Part shown: positions 51,201 to 63,511 of the stretch, piece after piece | Layout: each line of letters starts with the position of its first letter | Numbering within the stretch: the first letter of the stretch is position 1 | From: Phoronis australis | Lineage: Eukaryota > Animalia > Phoronida | Direction of reading: 5' to 3' | DNA: 64,000 nt | Assembly: GCA_002633005.1 (NCBI GenBank) | Contig: NMRA01000070.1 | Coordinates: 277,575 to 341,574, forward strand | The notes under the pieces: generated by a model | Seen by the model: the letters and a program-made list of their open reading frames with translations, nothing else | Database searches by the model: none | Told to the model about the DNA's origin: nothing | Made by a program: the position numbers and the translations under genes

Positions 51201-54200
51201 GACTGCTGAGTATCAGGCAAATAGCTAAGTATTTGTATAAAAAAGTTATGGTCAAATTTTATTGCCATGTTCTCGTTCTTTTGCATGATTTCGTATTCTG
51301 TAGAACACAAAGACAAGACCAAGTGTTTGTTTTTACTTGACAATTGACCTATCGTCAGGACCTTGAGTGACAGCTTAACTGACCGTCCATTTAGAACTCA
51401 TCAGTCTTGACACACCTTCGTTTCCAAGCTGCCATTTTACCCGACAAACAACCCGTTGCCGAGTAAAACTTATTGTTTGTTAGTCGACATTACGCAAGGG
51501 GGCGGAGCTTGTGATAGGTCAACTACAATGCTGCTTAACATTTAGATCAATCACACAAGAAAAATGTGATTTGATGTATTACTAAAATAATCCCTTAGTC
51601 AATCAACATGCAATGATGAAAGATTTTACCTCGCACTGTATTTCTTTAATCTGCTACAGGGTGGCCCAAAGCCAGCCTCCACTTGTGCTGCCAGTTCTGG
51701 TCCATGGTCTCCTCCCAGTCTCACTTCCCAAGATGGAGGATGCTGGGTTCATGTCCTACATACAGACACTAGCTCAACAGACTAACCTTGACCAGGATAA
51801 TTCATTTACGGAAGTGATTTGGTGCCATCTTATTTATCAACCAAATCCTACGATAGCATTCCCGTGTTGCGTGGCTCTGACAAAATCCTCGCTCCATCTG
51901 TATGAACTTGTGGACAATGACGCAGTAATGATGCATAGAGAGATCCCACGCCTCAAGTTCCATCATCAAATAAGTCTTGACACAATCACACATGTTATTA
52001 CGGGTATGAATGATGTGTACATGAAGGTTTTCTCAAGGGCAAGTAATGTAGTTCTCATTTGCCTCGACTCCAACCCACCGTTTATGGATCTGATGATGCG
52101 GTTCAAAACGAACCGAGGATGTGACCACGTTGAGTACTCATGCGAAAGCGATGAGATTCAAAGAGTTCTTGAGAGCCATACTGAAGCAGGCGATGTTTTG
52201 TTATATGCTTTGTGTGTGTGTTCACTCGCAGAGAACAGTGATTCGCAGAGTTGTCTCAGTAAAACAAAAGAGGTCTATGCTGTAGTGGTTACGAACACGA
52301 AGTTGTTTCTGGCTAGACACAACTATTTCCGCCGTGTCGGAGATGTGTCTTCCATCTTGGATGTTGTAAAGACATTTTCATTGGAAGGAGATGTTGAGAA
52401 TGTGGTAACATTTTCTGCACCAGAGGGTGCTTATCAATCTGTTAAAGTATTTTTCGTAGACACTAAAGGTGGTTCTAAGGTAGACCTTATGTTATACATG
52501 GCAAACAATTTGCTCAGTTTTGGTTTTGCAGAGTTTTTTAAAATCTCCGATGATCAAAACATGGGCAAAAGCAATGTGCTGGAATGCGAATCCCATGCTG
52601 AAATTACGAGTGGAGCGATGCCTATTGACAGACTAAATGATCAACAAGACTTGGATCAGCAGTCGAGCAGTCAAGTTAAGCATGTTGAAATTTGCACAGA
52701 AATTAATACCGTAACCTCCACAAGTGCAACTGAAAGTGTCGTAGTTCCAGATAACCAGTTGGTGGCTGAAAAACATTCGCCAGAGGAAGTCACGCCACGT
52801 GTAAGTCCTCAAATCAGTCCACTGCCTGCAGCTGACAGTGGTGATGGTCTGAGTTTGAGCGATGCTGTCGTGTCTACTTGTGGTGCTGACACCTATACCA
52901 TGCCTGACAATTCTGGTGTTGATAGTGCCACCAAAGTGTCTGATGCACGTATTAGCAAGGATGACTGGGCTGTTATTGACACCATCACAGCTGCAGGAAG
53001 TGATATTCGTCACGTTGTGAGCACTGATATGCCCTCTAGCGTTGTTGAAGGCCAATTGTCCTCCAGCGTAAATTTCAACTCTGCATCCATTCCACCCATT
53101 GTTGCAGAAAATCTGTTTGAAACGGGTATTCCTGGTGAACCTGTTGATGTCGAACACGTTAAAAAGAGGCGGTCGCGGTATAAGCGAAACAAGAAAGGTC
53201 TCATGTCTCCTGATAGCATCAGTACGGCTAGTTCGGGTTCACTGAACAGCTCCCCGACAAGCACCCCTGAACGGACCATTGTCAGCAGGTCATTACAGCA
53301 CATACAAGAGGCGCGTAAAACTGAGACGTCCGCTCAACTCCGTGCTGCCTTCAGCAAGACTGAGCAAGAGAGTAGACCCTCATCCGGCAGTGCTTTAGAC
53401 TCTGATGTAGATGTTGTAGACACCAGACAGTCCAGTGACGGTCCTGTGAGAGAAGACATGAGCTCCCTTTATGCTCTCTTGAAAGAGGATAGCTCACAAA
53501 CTGTCAAACACTTCCATGCTATGCCAAAAGATAATCCGTCTCCAGAGAACATTCCTGTTGTCACAACCTCCACTATGTCTCCAGGTGCACCCTTAAGGTT
53601 AAATATAGCGTCCCCACCAGTCACTTTGAGTCTTGGCTACCCCAGCCGCGAGCTCTTGGTTCACCTGGGAAAATGCAATCAAAGCATGGATCTTATTAAC
53701 CCTTTGACAAAACAGATGAATGGGCTGGCCTCAATGACTGGAGAGGAGGTGATGAATTTCTTCCACAGCGCCATAGTGCAGATTGGCTCCGAGGGTGAAG
53801 AGCTATGCCATCTGGTGTGGGCCTGTGTGATCCCATTTATCCAGCCAAAACAGGAGATCATCACGTGTGTCATGCTGAGCACACGAGCAGTGTACTTTGT
53901 GTCCGACAGTTTAGTTTTGACTGGGCGTGTGTCTACAACATCGTTCCGCAGCCACACTCGCAACAAGTCGGATTCTCTTGTGAGTGAGAGGTCAAGCACA
54001 TTCACTGGGAGTCAGAGCTACTCATCCACGCACCTGGGTACTCGGGCCGGAGTGGTGAAACCGTATCACATCTTGCAGCTGAGTGATCTGAAGCACGTCA
54101 ACGTGGGAATGTTCGATCAGAGCTTCCGTTTGGCTGGGGCCACTCCGGAGTCTGTGTATAGCTGTGTCACGCGAAACCATGAGCCCACGGAAGCGTTTGT

Positions 54201-54933
54201 AAAACAGCTGTCAAAAGTGTTGATGTTATATTCTGCCACTCCATCTCCGGATCTGCAAAGCAGCGGCGAGGATTTCTACAAATCTTCCCGAACAAAACGC
54301 TCATTGTCGGCCGTGTCAAAGGGCGAATTCGAACACCCAAGCCGTGTGAAGTTTCATTATGCCAACGAGGACTTGATCATCGATCTGACCTACGTTATCC
54401 ACGAGCGCACAGTGAGCGCCAAGACCAATGTCGAGGATACGAACATTTTGTTGTATCTGCTCCTGTTCCAAATGGAGGTGGGCTCTTCAAGTTCTCCCGG
54501 CGAGTCGTCACGTCAGGCGAGGGCGAAGCCTCGCACACTGGTCGTCACAGACTATCATCTGACTCTACTCGACGAGGATCTGGTCAACTATCCTTTCCCA
54601 GACTTTGTAGTGGCGCCGCCCAGCGTCCAACACTATAAGGTGTTGGAGATTCGTAATGTAGAGTACTTGAAACGTGTCGTACTCAGTGATTTCAAGTCAC
54701 ACGATTTGACGCTCGTCTTTTCCGACTTGACCGATGAAATCGTTGTTGACACGTCTGTGGAATACTTTGGCGCTGAGACAACATCGGCATCGTCGAGTCT
54801 TCCAATAAGGGAGATCTCGTGGGTTTTGGCAATTCAAAGCCTTAGAGACAAGGACAGGTTGCTGAAGCTGGTTTCAAGGTTGTGGAGTGAATTTCACGGA
54901 GACAAACAACTGTCAGTTCAAGTGAACGAGTAA
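33160..54933 (+). CDS. NISCH: Nischarin (PX domain + LRR + C-terminal region), 14 coding exons, 1647 aa
   Basis: All 14 exons have GT-AG boundaries and splice in frame (4944 nt). The sequence matches Nischarin motifs [74 protein letters not shown] and DYRIKVLQLFG. Confidence 0.95.
33302..33370. repeat. Near-perfect hairpin (31-bp arms, 1 mismatch, 7-nt loop)
   Basis: ctaggcaatgaccatcgcatctgttggcccg-tctggtt-cgggccaacagaggcgatggtcattgcctag. Confidence 0.9.
33432..33903 (-). mobile_element. TRIM (miniature LTR retrotransposon) with a tRNA-derived Pol III promoter in its LTRs (Helenus/TRIMp3-like)
   Basis: Direct repeats lie at 33432-33597 (TG...CA) and 33772-33903 (about 20 bp short at its outer end). 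On the minus strand, the PBS TGGCGTAGTCGGCA (33756-33769) lies 2 nt after the LTR end and is complementary to the tRNA-Ser 3' end. The PPT GGAAAGGGGGGATAT (33598-33612) abuts the other LTR. Both LTRs contain A box TAGCTGAATGG and B box GGTTCGATTCC. Confidence 0.88.
35960..36043 (+). CDS. NISCH: Nischarin exon 2 (PX domain)
   Basis: ttttcAG|[28 protein letters not shown]|GTaagt. Confidence 0.92.
36597..36776 (+). CDS. NISCH: Nischarin exon 3 (PX domain)
   Basis: ccacAG|[38 protein letters not shown]...HFLDFNKY|GTaag. Confidence 0.93.
37837..37981 (+). CDS. NISCH: Nischarin exon 4
   Basis: ttcc[23 protein letters not shown]...LKLAEPTC|GTgag. Confidence 0.93.
39428..39591 (+). CDS. NISCH: Nischarin exon 5
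   Basis: tttgcAG|[22 protein letters not shown]...FDLSHFKGLQVLE|GTtggt. Confidence 0.92.
40306..40401 (+). CDS. NISCH: Nischarin exon 6
   Basis: ttttcAG|LHNCSAAKILGLDTIKRNLKKICAHRSVKAVK|GTagtt. Confidence 0.9.
44617..44748 (+). CDS. NISCH: Nischarin exon 7 (LRR start)
   Basis: attcAG|DLLIHED...WSKVSWLDLSDNDVGEMDESL|GTaagt. Confidence 0.92.
45320..45515 (+). CDS. NISCH: Nischarin exon 8 (LRR)
   Basis: ctttaAG|KLLPRVEYLDFHNN...[22 protein letters not shown]|GTatgt. Confidence 0.92.
46947..47134 (+). CDS. NISCH: Nischarin exon 9 (LRR and LRR cap)
   Basis: ttctAG|GIAKLYSLEYLDVGNN...DYRIKVLQLFGNRANE|GTagta. Confidence 0.93.
47471..47587 (+). CDS. NISCH: Nischarin exon 10
   Basis: ccacAG|VSLDNQKINEREMDTLAVLMAIQKAREIKERGKRTQSRM|GTgagc. 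Confidence 0.92.
47930..48170. mobile_element. Intronic copy of the 29370-29604 repeat
   Basis: Collinear similarity ending in gcaagttccactttaa. Confidence 0.7.
48882..48936 (+). CDS. NISCH: Nischarin exon 11 (55 nt, NAGNAG acceptor)
   Basis: tttgcAG|cag...QSVEVNIEERTESKDAAA|GTgatt; supplies the phase 0-to-1 change needed to reach exon 12. Confidence 0.7.
49225..49361 (+). CDS. NISCH: Nischarin exon 12
   Basis: ttgcAG|GTSDGETAATQSEVGTLQLKIESIREKAGEGWLQTLNALQNTPPVK|GTgcag. Confidence 0.8.
49486..49790. mobile_element. MITE with GGGCCC terminus (same family as 1-210), running into a gap
   Basis: gggcccggtctctaatctttgtactcgaaac, with repeated actcga motifs. Confidence 0.5.
49795..50008. other. 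Assembly gap (N run)
   Basis: Run of n next to a minisatellite. Confidence 0.99.
50009..50119. repeat. 35-bp perfect minisatellite (at least 3 copies, probably continuing into the gap)
   Basis: cagtttacacccacgaacaagcaaaatgcatggca starts at 50009, 50044 and 50079, with a partial copy at 50114. Confidence 0.92.
50577..50662 (+). CDS. NISCH: Nischarin exon 13
   Basis: tttcAG|VHDFDSPYVSPNLSPGPAPPTTIVLTHN|GTgcgt; the phase 2 end matches the acceptor of the last exon. Confidence 0.72.
51344..51522. mobile_element. Small MITE
   Basis: Terminal inverted repeat ttgacctatc / gataggtcaa. Confidence 0.5.
51660..54933 (+). CDS. NISCH: Nischarin terminal exon (3274 nt)
   Basis: ctgctacAG|51660 enters the 1106-aa ORF frame. 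It contains C-terminal motifs such as CVMLSTRAVYF, VNVGMFDQSFRL and EDLVNYPFPDF, then TAA. Confidence 0.92.
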
Positions 54934-55117
54934 ATTGAGTTCTTTTTTCTTTGTTTGTGTCTGAAATTTTTTTGACAGTAAGATAAGGACCAGTGATGTG
55001 CTAAACCTGTTTCGAGAAGCTGATTTCGTGTGGTAAAGTCTCCTTGAATATTGAAAAAAATTAAAAGTCACTATAAATAATGAAATCATGAATACAGACA
55101 TGCGCACGAAATATCGC

Positions 55118-55123
55118 AATAAA
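55118..55123 (+). promoter_or_regulatory. Candidate proximal poly(A) signal of Nischarin
   Basis: First AATAAA after the stop; alternatives lie at about 55765 and 56249. Confidence 0.35.
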
Positions 55124-56856
55124 GAGTTTCTCCTCCGTCTACATATACTGAGGGTGGCGGATGTTCCTGGGAGAGACATCTTAATGTGACACCGTTCAAT
55201 GACACCAATTAAACCGTCTTGGGGATCGTTTTTGGACATTAGCCCTCCGTCCCGGCATCTTATTTTTTGGCTTCATTTAGACAATCAGACGTTTTGAATT
55301 ATTTTTCGATGTAGACCCCATGTAATCTACTTATCATTAATATTGATTAATTTATCGGTGCATTGAATGGGAGAGTGGTCCCGTTCGACTAAAGTTACAG
55401 ATAGTACAGCGAGATTTACATTATAACTGTGATTACCAAGACCAACTAGAACGTCATCGGGAGTGAGATGTGTTCATGTATATCTGTTGCGTGTCAAACG
55501 AAGTCGGTGCAATAACATTCAATTATTTCCGCCCTGTCCAGCAAATTGATCCGCCGTGTATAAGCGTTTTTAATAATCCCGTCTTGTGCGTCACTCCGAT
55601 GTAAATTAGTTGAACAGTCATAGATTCTCCCTCGAGTGTCAATTAACTTCAACTATAACCTTTGTTTAATGTCGATTCTCGACTCTGAAGTCATTTAACT
55701 GTAAGTGCAAACTGGAACTCAGAGAGCAACTTGGACTATCGGGCAATGTTTATCAATGGAACTTAATAAACGTAGTTTGATTTGTGATAGTTTATTGTTG
55801 AATTGAACCGGTTTTGTTGTAGTCGCAGCCTTGTATCCTGCACAGAAATATTTTCTATATAAATATTTACTGATAGATGTCTCTGCTGGACAACTTGTTT
55901 GCCAGTCACGACATTATGTTGTCATGTAGCGATCCACGCTATTATGTCTCATTTGTAGTTAGCAGTGCAACAGTTTGTCGAATATTTTCGTAGGCTACTT
56001 TATGGTCTAATAATAGAGCGGTTTTGTTGCTCAAAAAGGTGCAGTGTACTATCCAACTACCATTTAGAATTGTTATAGGCAACGACTGTCGAGAAACAAC
56101 GTGTAACGGTGGTGGCGCAGTTGCAAAGTGTTAATATTCGTTATATGATATGCTATTTGGAATTGCTTAAAACCCAGCATGTTTTCTTACCTCTTCAATC
56201 GTGTTCCATGTGAACTGGGATTCCAAAAGATTCTTAATCCCAGATCAAAATAAAATGATTCATTTATGGCACCTCTTGTAGAAATTTGACTGGGTGATTG
56301 GGGGTTTGGTCAAAAGCCGCAATGATGTCGAGGTATAGTTCTGCTCGTTACAGAATAGCCTTTTATTGTGGTTTGTATTATATTTCCATGCTACTTTGTT
56401 GTTATCTCGGATTTCAGTATTAATTATTACGAAGCTTAATTCATAATTTGTTTTTGTCTTCGGTTTCTCGCGTTTCGTCACGAGAGTTGTCTGCAGTTGT
56501 CATTGTACTGAATTCTTTGTCTGGTTTTCATAGTGTGATATTTATTGTCATTATTATAATTATTATTAGTTCACGTTTAAAGCTGTATTTCGCCGCTATT
56601 TCGCTGTCGGAGTTGAATTCTTATCAAAATTAAGGCGCTTTGGAATTTCGTCTTCACTGGTCAGGCGATGCCGAGGTGATCGGTTATCTTAGTAACAATT
56701 TCTAATTGTAATACAATTAAAGCTTTAATTGTGATAAATTGAAGACTTGTAGTTTTTATTCTTTGTATCGAGATCTAACAGTGTGAATACTCGCTGTGAG
56801 TGTACTGTGTATCACGTGTCTGACCTTACAAACTGCCTGATTAATGCTAAAAATTA

Positions 56857-57058
56857 CATGCGCGCACCCGGGGGGGCGCTCGAAAGAGCCTCCAATTTCG
56901 CGAAGTAAGTAAAAAAGGTCCGCCTTCGAGCGACCAAAAGTCCGAGATAACTGGACAAAAGACCACTAAATAAGCGCGAACGCACACTTCACAGTGGTGC
57001 TCCCGTTTTTATTTATTTTTTTTCAGTCCGCCCGCTGTTTTGTTAGGGTGCGCGCATG
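56857..57058. mobile_element. MITE, 13-bp perfect TIR, apparent 5-bp TSD
   Basis: aatta|catgcgcgcaccc ... gggtgcgcgcatg|aatta. Confidence 0.75.
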
Positions 57059-58913
57059 AATTATCGGCATTAATGCGCTCCAAAATTGAGCTCAGATGGT
57101 TCTCCGGAAGAAAAAGGAGTTTGTAATAACATTGAACGTTTTAGAAATGGCATGATAGCAATCATTTGAAAATCTGGTTAACAAACTTCGTAACAGATTA
57201 TGTTTAAACAGTTACACATTCAAGATGGACGAAATCGTGTATTGCTTGGGATTGTACTCTACGCGTAAAATGCCGGCTTTGTGGCAATCAACTTTGAGCG
57301 TGGGCCACCAATAATAAGAACTGCTACTTAACTTCTTCAAGCCTCGAAATCACCTTTGAAGTCAATTTTATGACTGTTACTGAAGCAGCCCGTGTCAAAA
57401 TTTAGCATCCAATTTACAAGCCTGAACACACAAACCCTTGAATTTACCTATACCTCGAAAGTTTCATCACGCACGTGAACCTGATTACCATTTTTGAGAT
57501 GATGGTCTGAAGTTTACCAAATTTGGACGCTTTGCTAACGTCCCACTGCACTGATACAGTGTACGGGCAATTGTATGCTGAATCGGAAGTTTTTCAGCCA
57601 ATCAGAGGACATAAGTATCCGCGGCCGCGTAATGATAAGCACTGTTAACTTTTACCGAGGTTAACATGATGGTTTTCAGACCCTCAGATTGTGTTAACCT
57701 CGTCATTAACACCTTGGGGTCGGAAAACCAACGTATTCGCCGAGTGTGGACGTCAATAATTGTTTTATTATAGGATTATATCCTCTCAGAAACTCATAGA
57801 AGGAAGCTACATTTGGTGTTTAGATCCTATTTCGATCACTCATTCGGTCAATCACCCACCGTTTTCTTTTTCATTTTTTTTTTTTACTCAAACACGTTGT
57901 TGAAAGAATGTTTTCCAGCAGATACTCGGAAAGGACAAGGGAGCAATCGATTATATACTTGGAAGACACAAAGTTATACAACGGTCGTTTTAATGACGTG
58001 TATTGAATGTCGGTGAATCAGTTTGCTTTTGGAAAACAATCTTTTGTGCAATAATAGCGTTACAGGGGAAACTGCGATGCCTGGATGGAAATTTGCGATA
58101 ACCGATTGGTTTATATTTTACGGTTATTTAAAGACACGTGTCAATGAGGTCAGAATCCAGATGACAGTCTTTAGACTTTCGAGTCTGATGTTATTTTGGT
58201 GTCACGGTGGTTTGGATCAGAAAGACACCGGAATCAAATGACGATCACTTCTCGATTAATTCGTAAACAAGTGTTTAAAGGAGTTTAAATCGGCGTTCCC
58301 CTAGCAGCATTCAATTGCATGAGCCGTCACTAAGAATTGCATGAGCGATTAATATGGAAATCATTGACTCCAAAATATTGATGGCTGATCATATAAATCT
58401 ATACTCATATTTGGACTGACAGCGGGTTTGTAACAGATTGACGTACTATAATTATAAATTAAACATCCTTTTGATGACGTAGATCAAAAACAAGAATTTT
58501 GTCGCCGCACCTGCAGCAGTGTTGTTGACTATACATACAAGCACAGGGACTTGCTGTTTAACACGAAGTAACATTAATGTTGCGCCAACGTTTGATTTAG
58601 GCAACGAAAATATAATCGAACTCGTGTTGTTCCGAACTCGCATTAGTAATGATTCCGAGGGTCGAGAAGAACTGAAGGGATGTTATTGACCTGGGCCTTA
58701 TGGCCTGGCGACTGGTTCAATGATTTCTGCTGCCGAAGCAGCGTGGTCGTCTGGAGAATTCCTGGCGTTCTGTTGCAACACGTCTGTTTAATCAACGCGT
58801 AATTTTTCTTAATCAACGCGCACTATTGCTTGTTCAACGTCTACTTTTAGTCAGCTCATGTGGTCCAATCACGCCCGTGCTCTCAAATCTCAAACTTTAC
58901 GGAAAATTTTCTA

Positions 58914-59126
58914 CATGGGTGCACGCGGGCACCCAGCCTTCAATATGGGGGGCTCGAATTCCAGACTTTGTGGACCCTTTGGTAACAAAAAAGCGGGCAG
59001 ACTAAAAAGAACGGACGCACCTCTGTGAATTGCACGTTTGCGCATGTTTAGTGGACTTTTGCCTCATTTTCTCGGATATTTTGTCTCTCTGAGGCGGACC
59101 TTTTTGCCCACCTGGGTGCGCGTATG
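58914..59126. mobile_element. Second, inverted and more diverged copy of the 56857 MITE, nested in another inverted-repeat element
   Basis: About 58980-59126 is the reverse complement of 56860-57045. It is flanked by ttaatcaacgcg (x2, about 58788-58820) and cgcgttgatta (x2, about 59170-59202). Confidence 0.65.
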
Positions 59127-62100
59127 TGGGTGCAAAACAACTTTTGATTAAGTTTATCAAGCAAAACTCCGCGTTGATTATCCAAAATTACGCGTTGATT
59201 AAGCGCATTTCAACGTGCAGAAAGATACTCGTTTAAGAATCCTTTGGCGCTTCATAATTAAAGGACGAGAGGTGGAAGAGCAAATACGATCTTCCGTGAA
59301 TGGTCCGAGTTCTATCGAGGAAAAGCGTGAACTATAAAATTTGGTGTCGCTCCATTGTCGATCTAAATTCAGTTAAACTATAGACTTATCGTTAAACTTG
59401 CGACATGCGTTGATGAAAAACTCGTATTGAGAGCAAGAGTCTATTATTTTAGCAAAGGTCCTTCGTGACTGTTTCAGTTTTTGAGTCGATTTATGCCAAA
59501 CAATAAAACTGGCGAAAGTGTCACCAACTCCACATTTTATGAATTGGCATAGGTTTGAGGAGTTTGATGAGGCAATTTTGGTGTTACTAATTTTACACGA
59601 TAATACGAAGCATGTGAAGTCGCTCCACCCTCCTCAGCAGATGTACGTCTCGCTTCCGGCGGCCATGCACGTCATGACAAACTATAGGGCTCCGTTTCGT
59701 ACACTCGAGACATTAGCAAGTGCATTGCAGCAAAATCTTTGCTTAAGGAATGGAAACTGTAAAAATATATCCGATAATTTAAGAATTCTATACCATAACT
59801 CAACACTCCAGCCTCACTGACCAATCACTTCCGTCAGTGGCCACCATTTCACTATTACGTTGGTTGCGTTACTAAAGTGTCGGTCACACTCGCGAAACAC
59901 GTGGTCTCGCATGATCTCGCTTTTCTCGTTCTCCCGTAAGTTTTACGAATCGCACGTGCGCATCACTACAGACCTACGCTTTTCCCCCTTCCCTTGTTTT
60001 AACAAGTTCAAATCATAGAATGAGTCTACCCTTGTGTATTTTCAACGTAAGTTCGGGTTTAATTCACGTTTGGCAGCCAACTTGGAATATATTACACAGG
60101 ATTATTGCCACAAATACTTTTAAGTCAATTTTGAAATTCTAAATTCGGAATTCTAATTTGTGTTCCTTTTGTAATAAAGCTCCAGAGTCGCTGTTACACT
60201 TTTTCTGGGAATGTTGCCCTGTACAAGATTTTTGAAAGGAATTCAGAAAAGTACTTCATAAGCGCAACACTTAGCTTCCCAACTGTTTTTCTTACAAATG
60301 TGTTATTCTTGGATTTAATGAGGCAAAAGATTTTCTATTTAAATTTTGCTGTTACTAGCCAAACGGTAAATTTTTCTAGGGGAGATGTCACAAAAACATT
60401 CCTAATATTTACAGATTTGGGACATATGCTCAGGAGCACTGAAAAATTTATTGTGTATAAAATTTTGCTTATCTGGGAAAATTTTATTGTTAACTCCATG
60501 TAGCAGTTGCTTACTTTATACGAGAATGGTCTTTCCTGAGGTGCGCATGCGCGTGCGAATGGGTGTTTTTTATTGATTTTGATTGTACTTGTTTATCAAT
60601 TACAATAAATATATATGTAAAAAATGGCAGCCATTTTGATTGTGCATCAGAAGTAATCAAGTTAAAATATTATCCATGAAATTCTATTTTTATTGCTTAC
60701 TTCAAGAAAAAAATTATGTCGAAAAAGGCAAAATTTGGAAATAAGTTTTGACTTCGGCTTAACCGGTCTGCGTTGGAACTCTTTTTTGTGGCATTTTGAC
60801 TAAATGACACTGAAAGAGTTTCGTTTAAAATTAATCTGAAAACAGTGCATGGAGACTGTAAAATTCACACATTTAAAATTTATCGAAGCTCTTAAAGCGA
60901 TATGCACAACGAATAAAAAAGAAGTCACTGCTCCGCCCCAGTTTCTCGTCACACTTAAGTTTTTCCTTTTGTATATCTTGTTCACAGAAGTGTAAAAATC
61001 ACAATTTTATCGATGGTTTGTCTACGAAGGCAACTTTGCCACACCGGGAACATACTCATTGACCCAAGTGCTTCAACAAATATTTTCTCCATAAGGTACT
61101 TGGCTCGAAACACGTGTAGGAACATTTTTGTTAATATAATGTGCCAGTCCAAAGTACACGACTTGCCGCTCCACGCGTATTTCTAAAAATAGACATTTTC
61201 CAGCGCCCATCATTCACAAATGAATACAAAATTAAGTAGAATCCCATATCACTTGATTTTTAATCTCCACGAGAACTTACAACCCATAAATGAATAATTA
61301 AAGCTTAAAATACAATGTTTTACAATACAATGCAATACAATACGAAACAGGACCTTATTTTAAGATGTAATCAAATACAAGATATACAAAAATCTTGTCA
61401 AAGTGTTCAGAAAACACTGACGTCGTCATTGCAGACTGGAGTTCTTCATCGCGTAAAATTAATTCCATTTAATTAGCTTTCGGTAATTTTACATAGACAT
61501 AATTGCGCGAAACTGCGGGACCATGCTTGGGTAATTAAAAATCCCCTATAATTTTTCCGATTTATTACACGAATCTAAAATTAAGACACCCACAAGCCGT
61601 GGAGCGATATGACGTGGCATCTGGAAGCTGCTCAAGGCATTGTTTGATACACATAGGATTTACACGCTTTCACACCAAATACTCTAACAACAGAAATAAA
61701 GAATTCTTATAAAATGTGTGCTCGTCATTGTAAATTCTCTAGCATCCAATCCATACATCCATCGTCACTAACAACCTGCTACTGATGAAACTCAACATGT
61801 GCAGAATACTTGTTGATTCCAGAAACCTATTACGTGCAACAGGATTAAAGGTGTAACTAAACATTCTTTGACAAAGTTATGCCCTTACGTTAGCTGAATA
61901 ATGAATGAAATCTGGCGACCTTTTTTAATAAAAAATGTGGTTTTCACGGAGTTTTTCTAGAAGTAACATGAAACGAAAAAATGATTTTCTGTGATCAGCC
62001 ACAACTCGTAATCGAACTTGCAATCACCGCGGTCGCAGTTTAAGGCTCTGCTGCCAAACTCAATCCAGTTCGATAAATGGTAGAGTGCTTTAAGCGTAGG

Positions 62101-63178
62101 TGTAGGTAAATACCACAGATAACATCATCACTGCTCAAAAATGGAATTAACAAAAAGTACCTGAGCAAGAGGAAAGCATAGAACAAATGAATTTTTATAG
62201 CAGAAAACAGTAATGGTAGAAAACAGCAATGGTAGATACACACGCGTGCACGCATGCGCACACACACTTAGCTAGGTATATAAATACACGAGTAGAAAAA
62301 CTCCTAACATGTGGTTTGATAGATTGTGGAATATACTTTAAGAGTTGAGCTGATTTTATTCGCGGCATTCAGCCAGGACCACATGTCGGTGCGTGTAAAG
62401 GAGAAAGAAAGACCAGCTGTAATTGCTGGGTTTGTTGACTAATTTTGCTGAGAAATCGATGGTTGTCTGGAACCATAACATAAGACTCTCACTTGATGAT
62501 TTCATTTTGAACAAAAATGACGATAGCTACAACACTCCATCAAAACTCAGTCGAGCAGACAAAAGGAAATCCATAGTACAAACCCACGCAGCTAGTCCCG
62601 TGAAATCTCTAACAAAAGAATGAAAGGGTCACGTACGGCGAGAGTTCTGTGTAGCGATCAATAACACATGTATTTGTCATGTTTGAAAGGCATTTGACCA
62701 CCTCTCTCCGGCTTATGTGGGACTTTATCTACAAGACAGTGCATTAGGCCAAATATCTACACAACTGCATAGTTTATCTCGGTTAAAGTAAATATTTTCT
62801 GGAAAAAGAAACCCTGTAGAATATCTTCTTTAACATGTTACACGACCATGTCTTTTTACCAATTTTCTAAATTATCATTTTCTTTTTGTTTTATGCAACT
62901 TTTTTATGAAAATCATGAAGGTCCTACTTTTGATGGCCCTTATGCAAAACTGGAAGATTTTGAAAACAATTCCTCACTGCATGTTGTAAAGTGCATAAAG
63001 AATAGTATGGAGATGCTTCATGTGAATCCGACCAGCCATTTCAGAGTAAATCAATTTTGAACATTTTTTTCTAGGGTCCTGTATAACCTTAAATTGACCT
63101 AAGCAGCGCTGCCTGGAATTTTAACGCATTGTATAGATAAAACTACTACAAGAGTAACCCATTTCTGACACAAACCCG

Positions 63179-63511
63179 ATGCGTGCATCAAGAGATAAAT
63201 GTTCAGCTACATGTAGAAAAACAAAGCAACATAGCAGACCCGTTTCAGATCGCTGGCTCTTTCGATCGATAGACATAATTCTGTCTGATACGTGTACCAA
63301 CTATCTCAAATACGCCTATCTAACCGACGTGAAAGAGCCAGGGGGATGTGAAAACTTCATGCAGACTACTTCGCATAAAATTAGTGACTTTCCAAATTAC
63401 TACACTGCTTCTATAATAATTTTGTCGGAGGCGAACATTATATGCCCACTGACGTGTGGGAACTTCAATCATACAGCCAGTCCAATGACTTTTAAACTGG
63501 AGAACGATTGA
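63179..63511 (+). pseudogene. Degenerate ShKT-like coding remnant
   Basis: The ORF contains RDKCSATCRK and CTNY...GGCENF...ICPLTCGNF, which resemble ShKT C-terminal motifs with some cysteines lost. Flanking frames contain stops. Confidence 0.35.

Noticed and set aside
51613-51659. Start of the 1106-aa ORF as a standalone gene
   Set aside because: The first 47 nt are intron (pyrimidine tract plus AG at 51658-51659), and the ORF is the terminal exon of Nischarin.
52633-54005. Antisense ORFs of 174, 97 and 108 aa
   Set aside because: Shadow ORFs of the Nischarin terminal exon with no recognisable features.
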